Part shown: positions 1 to 12,498 of the stretch, piece by piece
Position numbering within the stretch: the stretch's first letter is position 1
How the letters are laid out: the number at the start of each line of letters is the position of its first letter
Source: Chlorokybus atmophyticus
Taxonomy: Eukaryota > Plantae > Mesostigma and Chlorokybus algae
DNA: 50,040 nt
Reading direction: 5' to 3'
Assembly: GCA_009103225.1 (NCBI GenBank)
Contig: RHPI01003369.1
Coordinates: forward strand, 1,935,779 to 1,985,818
Translations under genes and position numbers: made by a program
Notes under the pieces: generated by a model
Told to the model about the DNA's origin: nothing
Seen by the model: only the letters and a program-made list of their open reading frames with translations
The model's database searches: none

Positions 1-46
<46 letters not shown>
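1..46. repeat. (CT)n microsatellite, inside an intron of the sulfotransferase gene
   Basis: Pure tc run from the window start to about 46. Confidence 0.95.
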
Positions 47-52
<6 letters not shown>

Positions 53-78
53 CATGACATGTGTTGTGTCACACACAG

Positions 79-743
79 GTACGCTTTCAAGATCCCTTGC
101 GAGGTGTCTTTCAGCCAGTGGGTTGCGAGGGAGGTGGCGAGGGTGACGCAGTGCGTGCGCAAAAATAGCGGACCTCCCAGCAAGGACGCGCGCCAGGTTG
201 GTTGTTTCAGTGCTCGAGCATGAGTATACATACTCTCTTCTCTCAAGCATGATGTCCGTGCATTTGCTCACAATCTGTGCTGTGATTGTCAGATTGTGTA
301 CCGGTGTCTCCCGCCTGCATTCTGGCAAGCGGCGTACGCGTGGCAGCTGAGCAGCTGGTTGCTGGCCTTCGAACCCTCGCAGTTCCACATCATAGACAAC
401 CATGACTTGATAGACAGCCACACAGACACCCTGAGAGAGGTAAGCTTCCTCATCCACTGTTGATGGGGGAACAGACGCACGATCACATTCACACACGCAT
501 GTGCACGTACAGGTGCTGCAGTTCTTGGACTTGCCTGTGCCGGAGAACTTGGACCGTCTTCCCGAGGTGGTTCGCGGGAAGTCCGAGGACATGCAGCATG
601 TCTGCGAGGTGGAGCGCTCCATCGACCGCAACACGGAAGAGCTGTTGCGAGGCTTCTTCTCACCTCTCAACGCGCATCTGTCTGACCTGCTGGCCGCTAG
701 AAGACTCGACCACTTCACCCCGCAGTTCACCACCGAGTACTAA
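79..743 (+). CDS. Sulfotransferase (Sulfotransfer_1 / heparan-sulfate O-sulfotransferase-like), last three exons: 79-196, 293-439, 513-743
   Basis: AG/GT-bounded exons join in frame: YAFKIPCEVSFSQWVAREV...Q / IVYRCLPPAFWQAAYAWQLSSWLLAFEPSQFHIIDNHDL...TLRE / VLQFLDLP...IDRNTEELLRGFFSPLNAHLSDLL...EY*. The pattern Y..QL..WL..F...QF.I...DL.....TL..V..FL.L....EELLR.FF.P.N..L..LL matches the C-terminal half of PAPS-dependent sulfotransferases. The 5' part lies outside the window. Confidence 0.75.
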
Positions 744-1552
744 CCACATGTGTACATTGACTGGTGCTAGATGTGCTAGACAGCAAATAGACCACATTGC
801 AACTATCTGTGATGACTCCCACTATGGAACTGTCGACCACATTTGCTGCTGGCAGAGGATAGTAATCTGTTCTTTCTCACGTGCTAATGGCCTGATGCAC
901 ACGCTTCCATGCGCCTTGCATGCATCGCTGAGCGGTAGGCTTATCAAGAATAGAATAGGGCTAGCCGCATGACACTGGTTGGGGTAACCAATCGAGATCG
1001 CTGGTATGGCATATACAATGACTGATGAACATTTCTTGCTGCTATGTCACGCCCTTGCAGCGCTAACAACTTCCAAAAGGCTTTGGAATGAAGTTGAGGC
1101 CATGCCGGGTGGTGGGCATGCAAACGTTCACAGTGTGCCCACCCATCACTTAACATTCGAAATGCCCAACACTTCAACACAAAGTTGCATGCTGATATGC
1201 ACTGAGTGCAATGATCATTGGCTTGCATAATTGATACACATACAGCATCGCATAATTTATGCAGCGCAATGCGCAAGTGTTCACTTTATAAATATATTAT
1301 TTGTTATGTATGACGCATCGTACACGTTGAGTGTGCAGATGTTAACGCCGACCAATATAATGCTTGAAAGTGACCTCTCTATACATGACTCTTATGTAAA
1401 CGTCGGATGCAATGCTTTGTAAATATGTTGCATGCATTCATACATATAAGTCTATATGAGTTTTATGCATGTAATACGATGACCTGCATTTCTGTTGTAT
1501 GTACATCTAGGTGGGCATTGCAGGAGACTATCTAGCAATTGCAATCACATTG

Positions 1553-1555
<3 letters not shown>

Positions 1556-1591
<36 letters not shown>
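1556..1591. repeat. (TA)n microsatellite
   Basis: Direct reading. Confidence 0.95.
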
Positions 1592-1593
<2 letters not shown>

Positions 1594-1706
1594 CATTACA
1601 GCTATCATTTGTGCGCGGCGGGTGTATGTGCATGACTTGAGAAGCTTAAGTTGAACATGCGCGCGCAAACATGCAATTGATGGCAAGTTTCACCACAACT
1701 GCCAAT

Positions 1707-1708
<2 letters not shown>

Positions 1709-1763
<55 letters not shown>
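1709..1763. repeat. (GT)n microsatellite
   Basis: Direct reading. Confidence 0.95.
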
Positions 1764-1767
<4 letters not shown>

Positions 1768-4700
1768 TGACGAATGGTTGCCAATTCGTGTTGTCAAATC
1801 ATGGTGCGGAGTCATAAAGCAACTCAATGTGGTCGTGTAATAAAGGGGGTTCCGACCACTAGGGTATGGTAGCAAAAGCGCTATCATGAGTGAGGTCTGT
1901 GACAATTTATACTAAATTCGTTACAGATCCGCATGCGATATTGTGCACATTATGAATGATGATCCATTATGCGCAGAGGTGACGCATGTCTTAAGCTCTA
2001 TATATGCATCCCATTGCGCCCTGAAGAATACGTCAACATAGTCATAAAGCACGTAGCCACATGGTTACGTGCTTTGTAATGTGCACATTTTTCTATCTAT
2101 GCCACGTCACACTTCAAGTAGCATAACCGTTATGATTACGACTGGCGGCAACAATACACCATGTATGTACTGCAAGTGAGTTGCAGCATGCTATATGGCA
2201 GTGTAATGAAGTGCGGTGGCGGTACGGCGGCGCAGCCGACGGCTTATGTTTTTTCTTTTGCTAGTTTCCAAAGCAATAATGTAACAATGTTACAATTTAA
2301 AACTTGAGCACTTTTACGAGCGCAATGCATTATAATGGCCGGAGGAGTATCCATTCATCATATCGATTGCGAATTTAAAGCTTTGAATATGCAATCGACA
2401 TATCCGCTCTTGATGCCATGCATAGATGTGTATTCTTGCCACATTCTCTGTGACGGTGCTCGTGCCTTGTCACCTGTGAGTTGGTCCAATCCACAACCCT
2501 CTTTCCAAGACACGGTATTCACACCGGAACCTTGCCCCCTCTGCCAAGCACACACGCGCGCCCCGCCACTCGCGTACGCACGCGCATGCGCTTGAAGCTA
2601 CACACCGACTTGTGTAGCGCCTTGGATCGTCACACAAGCAAGCACACACACCGGTGGACACACGCTAGCAACCCCTGCTAACCACCACCAAGCTTGCACA
2701 CAAGAAACTAGGGAGCTAAAGGTTGTATTGCAAATTGTAGAATGTCACTTTTATACCTACCAGTCTGCACATGCTACTGTCTAGACGACTCTAGCGCTAG
2801 ACGGAACTAGAAGCTAAGATATTCTTGCAAAATCTTGTAGTACACTTCTAGACCTTTCCAACGCACCAAAGATCTCCTCATTTGCTGCTCATATGGTAAA
2901 GTTATACTACTTGGCGCCAGGCCCTTCCGACAATCTGGTCGAGCCCTTCTCGACTGGCCCTCCGTTTTCTGGCGGCTTCCAGACTGGTCTTGGGGCCCCG
3001 GTCGATATCCGCGGCAGACTCATAAATCGCCGATATCCGCACATGTCATGAAAAACATGTACCTTACAAATAAAGCCCAAAATGGCCATGAAAATCACGA
3101 AATTTGGCCTTGACTGTTACATTCTCTTTCCTAATGCTTATCCTTGATCGATTAACTCAATCCATCGGAGTACTAATGTGTTGCTATTATACGATGGTTT
3201 TATTGGTTGAAAAAGTGGGCCTTTCGTGTGTGTGTGTGTGTATATGCGTGCGTGCGTGCGTGCGATGTTCAATCAAGGGTAATAATTTAATTGTGAGTAT
3301 ATTCTTATATTTTTTTAAATATTTATACTAAAATGAGTGACACAAAACAATTAACAAATTAATGATGACAACATGCACAAGAGAAACTTAAAACATCGCT
3401 TGCTTCATTTACTTATACTTTTTGTTGTGTGTGAACTGTGACGCAATGTATATTGTGATGCAGTCTTTCCTTGTAGAAAAACTTTGCCTCATCACACCAA
3501 CGCTTCTTCGTTTATAAGACACACATGTAGTATTGCAAGCATTCTATGATTCGCTTTGCATTATATACCATGCGAGCAAACATGAATCGCGAAAAGAACA
3601 TTAATTAAAGATTGCTGAATGTAATCCTAAAGCGAAGGCGTTTTAAGTTAAGGTTTTTGCTGAGGTTAATACCGCGGTCGAACAAAGTTGTTGTGACTCA
3701 CTAATCGTTATAACGATGACTATGATATAATTAGACTTTTCACTTATACATGCAGTTGATGTATCATGATATAACGAAATTATGAAAATGCTAGCCACGC
3801 CATTTCATATTGACATGAGCTTGTCCACATGCGCATACCCTCATTTGTAACAAAAGTACTCTAGAGAAGTTTTCAAGTTCATCAACAGTGAAAAGAGCAC
3901 TATATTCTGCAGTACCAGAACACACCGTTGGTCGAGTCAAATTGTTGTTTAATACATGTAGGTCCCAAGTCGGGACCTCCCAACCCTAACGGTGGTCTGA
4001 ACACGGGGGAGGACTGCTAGCTGCATGCAGCTTGGTACCACCGTCAAAGCTGTTGTCGTTGGTTGTCAGTGATAATACTTATCACTGACCATCGCTCGTG
4101 CTTATCGGTTGGCAACGATAAGCGCGGACGGACGGACTAGAGCTGGTCTCAGCAAATCGGATGACATGCAGCCCGCCGATCGACGGCTTGTATGTAACAG
4201 GCCATCCATCCTGAACTGTTGCGATCTGACGGCGTGGTGCAGCAGCCCACTCGATAAGTACGGATGTAGCAAGCAGCAGCTGCAGCGTTGCATGGAGTAG
4301 TAGTTGAGGGCGCACTCTGCAAAGGCAGCCTCTGTCTTGGCGGCGGCGGCGGCGGGGCGGTCAGTGGTGGAGAGCGCACTGCGCTGCGCTGCGCTGCTGA
4401 AGGTTCCGTGCATGAGTGTATGCGGCAGGTCTAGGGTGGCACCTTGGGTGGTTGGGTGGTTCAAGGAGTGCTTTGGGTGAGCGCACGGTGCGTGTAAGTT
4501 AGTGAGTGAGTGTCACCCACAGCAGTCGCAGAAGGTGGACAGAGAGATGGCTGCAGCTTCTGCTCGCTTGGGCTTGACTATGAGGGTGGCAGCCATATGC
4601 AACAACCGTTGCTTGAACGGCAGCCTGAGGCATGCACCACGCAGGTCTGTTGTGAGAGGCCGGAGGCCAGCAAGTGATAAGCTCTGGTAGTTACGTGTCC

Positions 4701-4976
4701 TTGCGATCATATCTCACAAGAATGTGCCTGTCTGCAAGTTCTGTTGAGCCAACGGCTTCACTGATACATGCATGCGTCGTGTCTCTACACTATGTCACGC
4801 TGACAAGTGACCTGAATCTGGTAAGGTGAGAGGTGCCAAGAGATTTGTTACCAACGTGCTCTTGTGCACACACAATATGGTTTCAAACTTGGTTCAGCGG
4901 TGTGTCACGTACAGTAAAGAAGCCGTGCGTGCGCAGACACAGCAAGGCAGCGCACACGCGCGTGCGCACAATGTGC

Positions 4977-6358
4977 ATGGGTGAAACCGGCGCGTGGGGT
5001 GTCATCTGGTTCACGCCAGCAAAAGCAAAAGGACAGAAGGGCGAGAAAGGCAACAACAACAGTGGCACACTCATACCCATCAGGTTTGAGGAGCCCTTGA
5101 AGGCCAACATGCTCGACGTGCGCGAGCGTGCGGCGGACATCGTGTCCGTCTTTCGCGCGTGGGACCCCTGGGAGCTGGAGGTAGGTTGATAGGTATGCCT
5201 ACTATTCAGTCATACACTGTTGCTGATGCTGTTACCAATACTGCAAAACTTTTCGCAAACGTTCGCAACATTACTATACTATGTGTGCTTTGGTGGCGTG
5301 CTAGGTGACAGACGGCGCCGGCGAAGCACTAGAATGGGTTCATAGCTACACTGACCTGATGGAGCGAGGTGGGAGCACATCTTTCATCTTTGTGAGAAAC
5401 CCTTGCCTTGTCATTGCACTTTGGTGGTGGCTGCGCAGCATGTGCGTGCATCACCAGTGCCTGCAGTCTTTGGTACAAGTGCAGTGCAACTGATAAGCTC
5501 TCTCTCTCCCTCTCTCTCCCTCTCTCTCCCTCTCTCTCCAAGGGTACGGGAGCAAATCGAACCCATTGGTAATCAAGCCACCGGACTCAGCCAAGCTAAT
5601 CTATATCATTATACGCAGCGGTACGTGGCACATGGAGCATCCAGTGACGAGTGCAATCAGTACAAACCGCAGCAAATCTCTGAGTACAGCTCAATTGTGT
5701 ACTGGCTAAAAACTCCGTTGAGACCTGTTAATGTGCAGGTTCGAATCAACCAAGCCCCTTGAGGATTCGCTCACAGAGGGACTTTGACGAGGTGTGTTGA
5801 CCGCAGTCTGGTGGTGCTGAACTCGCTTGCACGTTCTTCTTCGTGCTCGTGGCTGTTGTTTTGATGAATTCTGGGCTCTTACAAAAGCTGTGAGGCCGCA
5901 TGCGCGAGCACACACATGCACTCTCGCTCTCTTCCGCACACGTGCATGCCGGCGACCATATAACTGTCAAGTTACGTCACAGAGACAGGGTAAACCCCTC
6001 TCGGTCACCCGGGTGGCAAGCAACTGGACACCTCTCACTCTCTGCCGAACATGGCAACCCTTTTACACAGCTTACTGCGCTTCTGCCTCTGCTTCAGGTG
6101 TGCATGCAGCTGGGCACTATGGGACTGTGGAGATACCAAGACAAGTGTGTCCGGCAGTTTGTTGAGCTACGTGAGGGCGAATGGTACGTATGCATGCGCC
6201 CACTCATGCACACACGCGTTCTTGCGTGCATGTTGCATGAGGTGACGGCAGTGTTGTTGCGTTGCATTCCGATTCCCATGACCTGCAGGTACAACGTCTA
6301 TGAGACCGAAAGCCGTGTTACAGCTGATGTCCGCCAGCGGGTCCCGCTAAAATACTAA
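4977..6358 (+). CDS. Spliced gene of unknown function, about 184 aa. Exons 4977-5180, 5305-5368, 5543-5620, 5739-5791, 6098-6183, 6289-6358 (start codon uncertain, alternative ATG at 4971)
   Basis: All five introns are GT-AG and the phases (0,1,1,0,2) are mutually consistent. The open product is MGETGAWGVIWF...FEEPLKANMLDVRERAADIVSVFRAWDPWELE-VTDGAGEALEWVHSYTDLMER-GYGSKSNPLVIKPPDSAKLIYIIIRS-GSNQPSPLRIRSQRDFDE-VCMQLGTMGLWRYQDKCVRQFVELREGE-WYNVYETESRVTADVRQRVPLKY*. Confidence 0.7.
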
Positions 6359-8653
6359 GGCCAGTGCATACGCCATCATGGACAAGCGGTCATGGCCTTG
6401 TTGACTTGCTTCAAGCAACATTGTACAGGCTTTCTGGACGTACAGGCTGTCTTTGTGCTGTTGTTGGGGATGGTAGAGGTGGCCAACCACAGGCCCGCAG
6501 GGTGAGGGAGTCTGTGGTTGCCGCTGCGTGCAGTGACCGTGAGCGCTGTGACGCATTCAGACACAGCGCTTCACACTGCTTTGAGATGGGGTTCCCAAGC
6601 TAGGGTAACGCATACATCAACCAACTCAATCTTACGTCAAGGAGTAGTGTTGCCCTTCTGTTGTGGACTCGCCAATGGTTTTCTCATGGTGCATGTGCAT
6701 GCATGGTTGATTGAGAGAGTCTGCCAATCAGCTGCAGAAGCAATGCTCTAGCACAATTGCAATGTCCTGAACTCACAAACGTGCACTCAATTTAGTGATC
6801 AGTCTGTCACAAGCGCTGATGCGTTCGCTCAAGAGCTGCGGAATGCATGACTCGACGTGCCTTGGCACTGCACCAAAATGTGCATTTGATGGCTGAGCAA
6901 CTCATCCTGAGCACCCTTGCTGGTTGATATGGGGTTGGCATGCGTATGTTACGATCAAAACATGGGCGTTGTCGCTCCTTGAGGAGCAAGTTAGGATGGC
7001 ACGGCATTGTAGAACCTGTGCATGTCGGGATCAATGCATGTGAAGTGGAGCAGCGTCCTACAAGGAAGTGTGAGCATGTGGTTTATCCCCGGCGTTGCAG
7101 ACTGCGTGCAGGTACGCACCAGCTTGAGGTCGCTTTCCTCACGGTTTACGATGTGTCTATGTGTGAGGAAGTCCATACAATCTCCCCAACCAGGAAGGTG
7201 CTGTCATTGCAGTAGTAAAGCCAGCACGAGCAATGAGAGCTTACAGAAGCGATCTCTGGCAACCGCCTCCTGCTACTTGAACAACAGAAGCAGGCGCATA
7301 ACAATGGCAAACGTTAGGGGTAATGTACCAATTAGTGATCAGTGATGTTCAATAGTGTCCGGTTGGACTATGCCATAGCTAAGTAGCGGCTCTACTTAGC
7401 TGGTGCCTGCGATTGTGCACTGCAGCATCGCACACGCATTAGCCAACCGTCATCTTAGACATTCTGCAAACACCGTGGCGGTATGAAACATGCACAGAGT
7501 GCGCCATTGTGCCTCTCCATGCCCCCACTGCTCTGTGCACGCAGTACGTTGCAGTGTAACGCAGCGCATGATTTAGTGCTGGACCAGACGCATGAAGTGG
7601 TGAAGAATGCACTGCGTTTGCGCAGTAAGGCAGCAAAAATACTCCGTGCTTGCTTGCTACCATGCTCACGGCTGAAATCCGTGTTCATAGCTATGTGCCA
7701 AGTCATTCAGTGAAGGACAACGTGCGTGCATGTGTGCATACGTGAATGCACATGGCACTACGAGCTTGCCAACAACAGAAGGGACGTTTCTTAGGGGAAC
7801 TAATATGAAGATGTATCAAAGAAGCACAGGCAAGAGTTCAGGTGCTAGTACAAGAGCTTGTAGTACACAACATAGCTAGGAGCTGAGATGCAAAGCTAGG
7901 TACCAGCAAGAGAACGAAGAAGAAGGGGAACAAAAGGAGCAGAGAGTAGGAAGAGCAAGAGAACGGACAACAGAAGGGATTTGACTCAATCACGCGCGGT
8001 CCCGGTTTGAACGACATAATCGCCACACACAATCACCAGCTCCACCACCATGATGTTAGCAGAACTGCTGCCAGTCATTCACCAGAGAGAGGTTGCTGGC
8101 ATACACACGCGGTATGCTCAGAGCACACAGCTCTACACATGCATATGCAAGCACACAGCAAGCTAACATTGACAAGTGCAACCACATTACATTACGCAAA
8201 AGTTACAAGTCGCACTGTGGCACAGCAGCAGGTAGACCTCAACACTCGTATGGCTCCCAGTTCAGAGTCGATCTCAGTGGCGGCTGCAGTCTACCTGAAT
8301 GTTAACACATCCCCATTGGTTTGCTGCACACGGTGGCGTTGACATCCAGCATCGCTTCGCGGGCTAACCGTGAAACCAGCCTCGTGTGGCTGTTATTGTG
8401 CGGGTGTGCTCACGGTACGAGTAGTGTGTTAGATGTAAGGGCCAGTGTATGCGTTCCGCTGTGGCGGGACACTGTTTGATGTTGGCGACTGCTGCACATA
8501 CCCATACCTCTGAAGTACAAGCGTCCACGTTGGTAGTGTGCGTCTCTGTTGAGCCTTGCGACGGTTCGCGTGCTACTGTGCGAAGATGATACCATGCGCA
8601 TGTCGTGCATGCCTCCACTCACGCGCACCCCATGCATATGCACACGCCGCATA

Positions 8654-8654
<1 letters not shown>

Positions 8655-8708
<54 letters not shown>
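8655..8708. repeat. (CA)n microsatellite
   Basis: Direct reading. Confidence 0.95.
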
Positions 8709-8710
<2 letters not shown>

Positions 8711-9707
8711 CACATGCGCGCATGTGCATGTGCATGTGCACAGACACACTCCATGTGCCACGCCAAGTGTGTCACACGGCTTGTGCTATGATGCTCATTA
8801 GCACACGCAATACGCATATGCCTCAAAGCCATACACAAAATGCAATGCTACCATATGATGTTTGGTTGTGATTGATTGCTCAAGGGGGTTACTCTAGAGA
8901 GCGAACAGTGCAACGTCCATGCAACCATTAGAGTTGTGTAACCGTTGCAACCACCAAACAGCTCTCATGCAGCTACACATCTTGTCAGCAGCTTGTAACA
9001 ATGCTTGTTGAGTGGTTCAACACTATGCAGCTCAGCGTAGTACTGATGCATGCATCATGCTCGTAATGTTGAGCATGGAATGAGAAACAGTTTTCTTCGA
9101 CACTGCGTCGCATTATTCTCGACAACAGCGCTTGGTTCTGACACCTATCCACATACAGTATCCTTATCACGAGGATTCCTAAGCGCACTTTGCTTGGACC
9201 ATTAAACCTTTTCACAAATCGACATACTCTAACAATAGACGACAAAAGAAGCTCACACGAGGCGCTGCTAATGAATGCAGTGCAGTATCAACTCCCGCAG
9301 CAGGCGCTGCGTTACTATGCAGTTGACGTTGTCACTTTCGTCCGACTCAAGCTCAAACATGTAGTAATGTACACGTCGCAATCAACGGCGCCCACCAACC
9401 AAGATTGCGCGAATAACCCAACTCCACCAATCTGTGATAATGCACACGTATTTCTTCACATGTGCGTGCGTGCGTGTGCGAGTGTGTCTGGGTTCGTTTG
9501 CCTGCCTGAGCGCGTGCGTGCGTCAAGTTGACTTCTTGACGTGCTTGCAAACCAGAAGATCAGCGTCCCATGTGCATCCAGGCATGCACTATCTATGGAC
9601 CACGTGCACGAAGCTCATTCCTTTCAGCTATGTGCACATCCAGCTTTGCACACACATACACGTGCATGCGTTGATACACACGAAACAAGGACATAGCCAC
9701 CCACCTG

Positions 9708-10182
9708 TTACACAGCAGAGCCTGGAGCCTGTCCCTCCTCCGGCAGCTTCACGTACTCCCCATTATTGCCGACCCTCTCCTCCTCCTCCTCCTCATTGAG
9801 CAGCCCCTTCCCTTCCCTCAGCCTGGCTATGTCCATCCCAGCCTTGAGACACAGCAGCATGGCGATGCAGGCGAGCTCCAGCAGCTGGGGATAGAACACG
9901 GGCCACAGGCTGAAGTGGAAAGCGTAGAGCTCGTACAACACCATGCCCGTGAAGAAGATGAGCAGCCAGGCGTAGCTGAGGTCATCGGCGCGGCGGGTGC
10001 GCACAACCTGGGAGGGGCCCATTGTGCAGGCGACTCGGTATGCCAAAACACGAAGCAGTAGTCACACACACAATGTACAAACGCACCCACCCACCCACCT
10101 TGTATATCTGCGGCAGCAGTGCGGAGGACACAACGAAGCCGCCAATGTATGCGAGGCGGTCGTACCACACATCGTCCAGCAT
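9708..10182 (-). CDS. PQ-loop / MtN3-saliva (SemiSWEET-like) small membrane transporter, 127 aa. Exons 10182-10099 and 10007-9708
   Basis: MLDDVWYDRLAYIGGFVVSSALLPQIYK|VVRTRRADDLSYAWLLIFFTGMVLYELYAFHFSLWPVFYPQLLELACIAMLLCLK...: LPQ motif, the K..R.R...DLS segment and three hydrophobic helices. Phase-0 GT-AG intron. A probable 5'-UTR exon has a donor (gag/gtgagg) near 10490. Confidence 0.85.
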
Positions 10183-11431
10183 GGTGTGTGGCACTTGTGC
10201 TGGTGACAACCCTGTTTGCTGGTGGGGTTGTTGTTACTTGTTAACAAGCGACCATGGGGGGAAGGGGAGAGGGGCGCAGTCGGTGCCTGTTGAGGAATCC
10301 TTCTTGCATGCGATAGCAGTTGCACACAAACGGGACACTGCACTCGATACCACCATGTAAGCACGCTCCAGTGTGCACGCGCATATGAGGGGGAGGGGAG
10401 GGGGGGGGGGGNTGTATTGGTGCTGGTGCTGACGAAACAGTGCGTGCATGCAAACACGGACTGCATGCGCAGACGGACACGCGCCTCACCTCTCCTTAGG
10501 CACAGGCACCAGCAGCAGACCACGCACGCCGCCTGATCGAATCGCCAATGGTTTGTTGGTTGATTGGGCCCTCACCCGTGTTGCTCACCACACTGCCACA
10601 GCACACAAAGACACGACCGACTCCCTGATGCTTCCGCCGCCGCCGCCTGGTGTGAGGGGGTGCGCGTGTGCGCGTGTGGAGTCTGCGCCTTTTGCTTTGC
10701 GCAAGCGTCGGCGGCGTCACGCGCTACGAGCGCGTCGCGCAAACAGGTGTCACGGGGCACGGTTGTGCGCACGCACAACGCAGGTGTGCTCGCGACGTGA
10801 ACCACGTGACGCCGTGCAACGTTCGTTCCGTTGATGAGCAACTTGGTGCGCACATAACCAACGAGACTCGCGATTAGTAACCTGATGTGCGAGTCACATC
10901 AGTCTCAAACTACTTGCTGTGCCCGTGTGCACGTGGAACTTGGGACGTGCGCCACACTTAGGCGCCATACACATGGCCTTGATTCTGTCCTCTATGTGTA
11001 AATGGATGCATACAAAGTGTGTACATTATATGGAACGCGAGTTGCGTGGAGAGTGCGCACCTCCTCACCGCTTGCAGGTGCTAGCTCCAAGGCGCACATA
11101 AAGCACACATCATGGGTGTTGTGGTTGGTTGGGTGCGCCACTGTACTACTACAGCCTACCACACAAGAGTGCGGTGCTGCTACTCATGCATTGTGTAATG
11201 TGGGGTCTCATCATCGCATTAAGAGCTATGGTATGAGGAGGGAGTCTATTTTTGCTCTCGCGCTACCTTGTGCAGCCTGTTGTTGTCAAGTTAATGTCAG
11301 TTGTCATGGACTGATAGCGGTATCTTATTGAAGCAGTCAGTCAAGTGAAACTGAGTGCAATGCCATTGTTATTGCATATTGACTGATAACAGTACCTTGT
11401 AGCAATTAGGCCAGTGAAATTGAGTGCAATG

Positions 11432-11668
11432 TGTCGGGTCGGGGGAAGTCGAGCGTTACATTGTCTCGGGCCGCTGCAGGGAAAGTCATGCGTGCTGGTC
11501 CTGGTGCTGCAACATGTTACAACATGTGGCAAAAGTAAAAGGTAACCCAGCTTGTATGGCGAGGATTGCTTGGTGGAGCCGCTCCACTATTGCTGAACAC
11601 GGACATGTGGAGGCGGTGTCTTCCTTAGTATACATGCTGTGCTGTAGGACACACAGTCAACAAGCCAC
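11432..11668 (-). repeat. E1 terminal repeat B2 (237 bp)
   Basis: Matches 12262-12498 with 11 mismatches by hand count (about 95%). Confidence 0.95.
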
Positions 11669-12259
11669 TACTATAGGTAGTGCTGTTTACACAGTTCTTT
11701 GCGTGAGCGGAAGATGTGTTAAACTGTTAAGTGAGATGAATGAGCAAGCAACACGTGGATACTATGCCCTGACTGATGCCAACAAGCACACTACAACAAG
11801 GCACACCAGGCCCACAGTGATGACAAGCACGATGCACACGCGAGCATGCACAGGCTCTCACACAGTGAGGGGGTTCTTGGTAACCGGGATGGCGTGTTCG
11901 TAGTTCAAGTCGTTTCACAAGCTCTTAGCTTTCTCACTCACAGTGTCATCAGCTGTTCCGGTGAACACTGTGACTACTTATACAAGTCAAATCATGATTG
12001 TTCAGAACAAAAGCTAACGGTCATATCGAGGCTATTTCCACAGCGATTGTCACTCGATATATAACACAACTTATAGCTGAACTCACAACTGAACAACTAC
12101 GCGCGGTGCCTATGTGGGCTGTGGTCGTGAGCTACCCTGAAGTCATAACCTAGCTAATGGTCAGGGACGCGCGCGCATTGGTATGTCGATAGGCCGGGCG
12201 ACGGTTTTGATGCAGACATGCCCGATGAAGGCTGGTATGTGTGGGCACCGGGCATGACA
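11669..12259 (-). repeat. E1 terminal repeat A2 (about 590 bp)
   Basis: Matches 22186-22772 with about 35 substitutions and 3 indels by hand count (about 93-94%). Confidence 0.95.
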
Positions 12260-12261
12260 GC

Positions 12262-12498
12262 TGTCGGGTCGGGGGAAGTCGAGGGTCACACTGTCTCGGG
12301 CCGCTGCAGGGAAAGTCATGCGTGCTAGTCCTGGTGCTGCAACATGTTATAACATGTGGCAAAAGTAAAAGGTAACCCAGCTTGTACGGCGAGGAGTGCT
12401 TGGTGGAGCCGCTCCACTGTTGCTGAACACGGACATGTGGAGGCGGTGTCTTCCTTACCATACATGCTGTGCTGTAGAACACACAGTCAACAAGCCAC
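12262..12498 (-). repeat. E1 terminal repeat B1 (237 bp), directly after a G7 purine tract
   Basis: Second copy of 11432-11668. On the minus strand it starts TGGCTTG right after ...AGAAGCTCAGGGGGGG and ends ...CCCGACA. Confidence 0.95.

Noticed and set aside
2918-3112. Possible hAT-like MITE (ccaggcc...ggccttg, repeated gatatccg)
   Set aside because: The terminal match is only about 6 bp and no TSD is present.
4082-4464. ORFs near 4.1-4.5 kb as a transposase remnant
   Set aside because: No convincing catalytic motifs.
6800-9550. Assorted short ORFs on both strands
   Set aside because: No recognisable domain or consistent exon chain. Several are microsatellite translations.
10801-10902. CACGTG box upstream of the PQ-loop gene and an 8-bp hairpin (ctgatgtg/cacatcag)
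   Set aside because: Short motifs expected by chance. No CTRR end follows the hairpin to support a Helitron.
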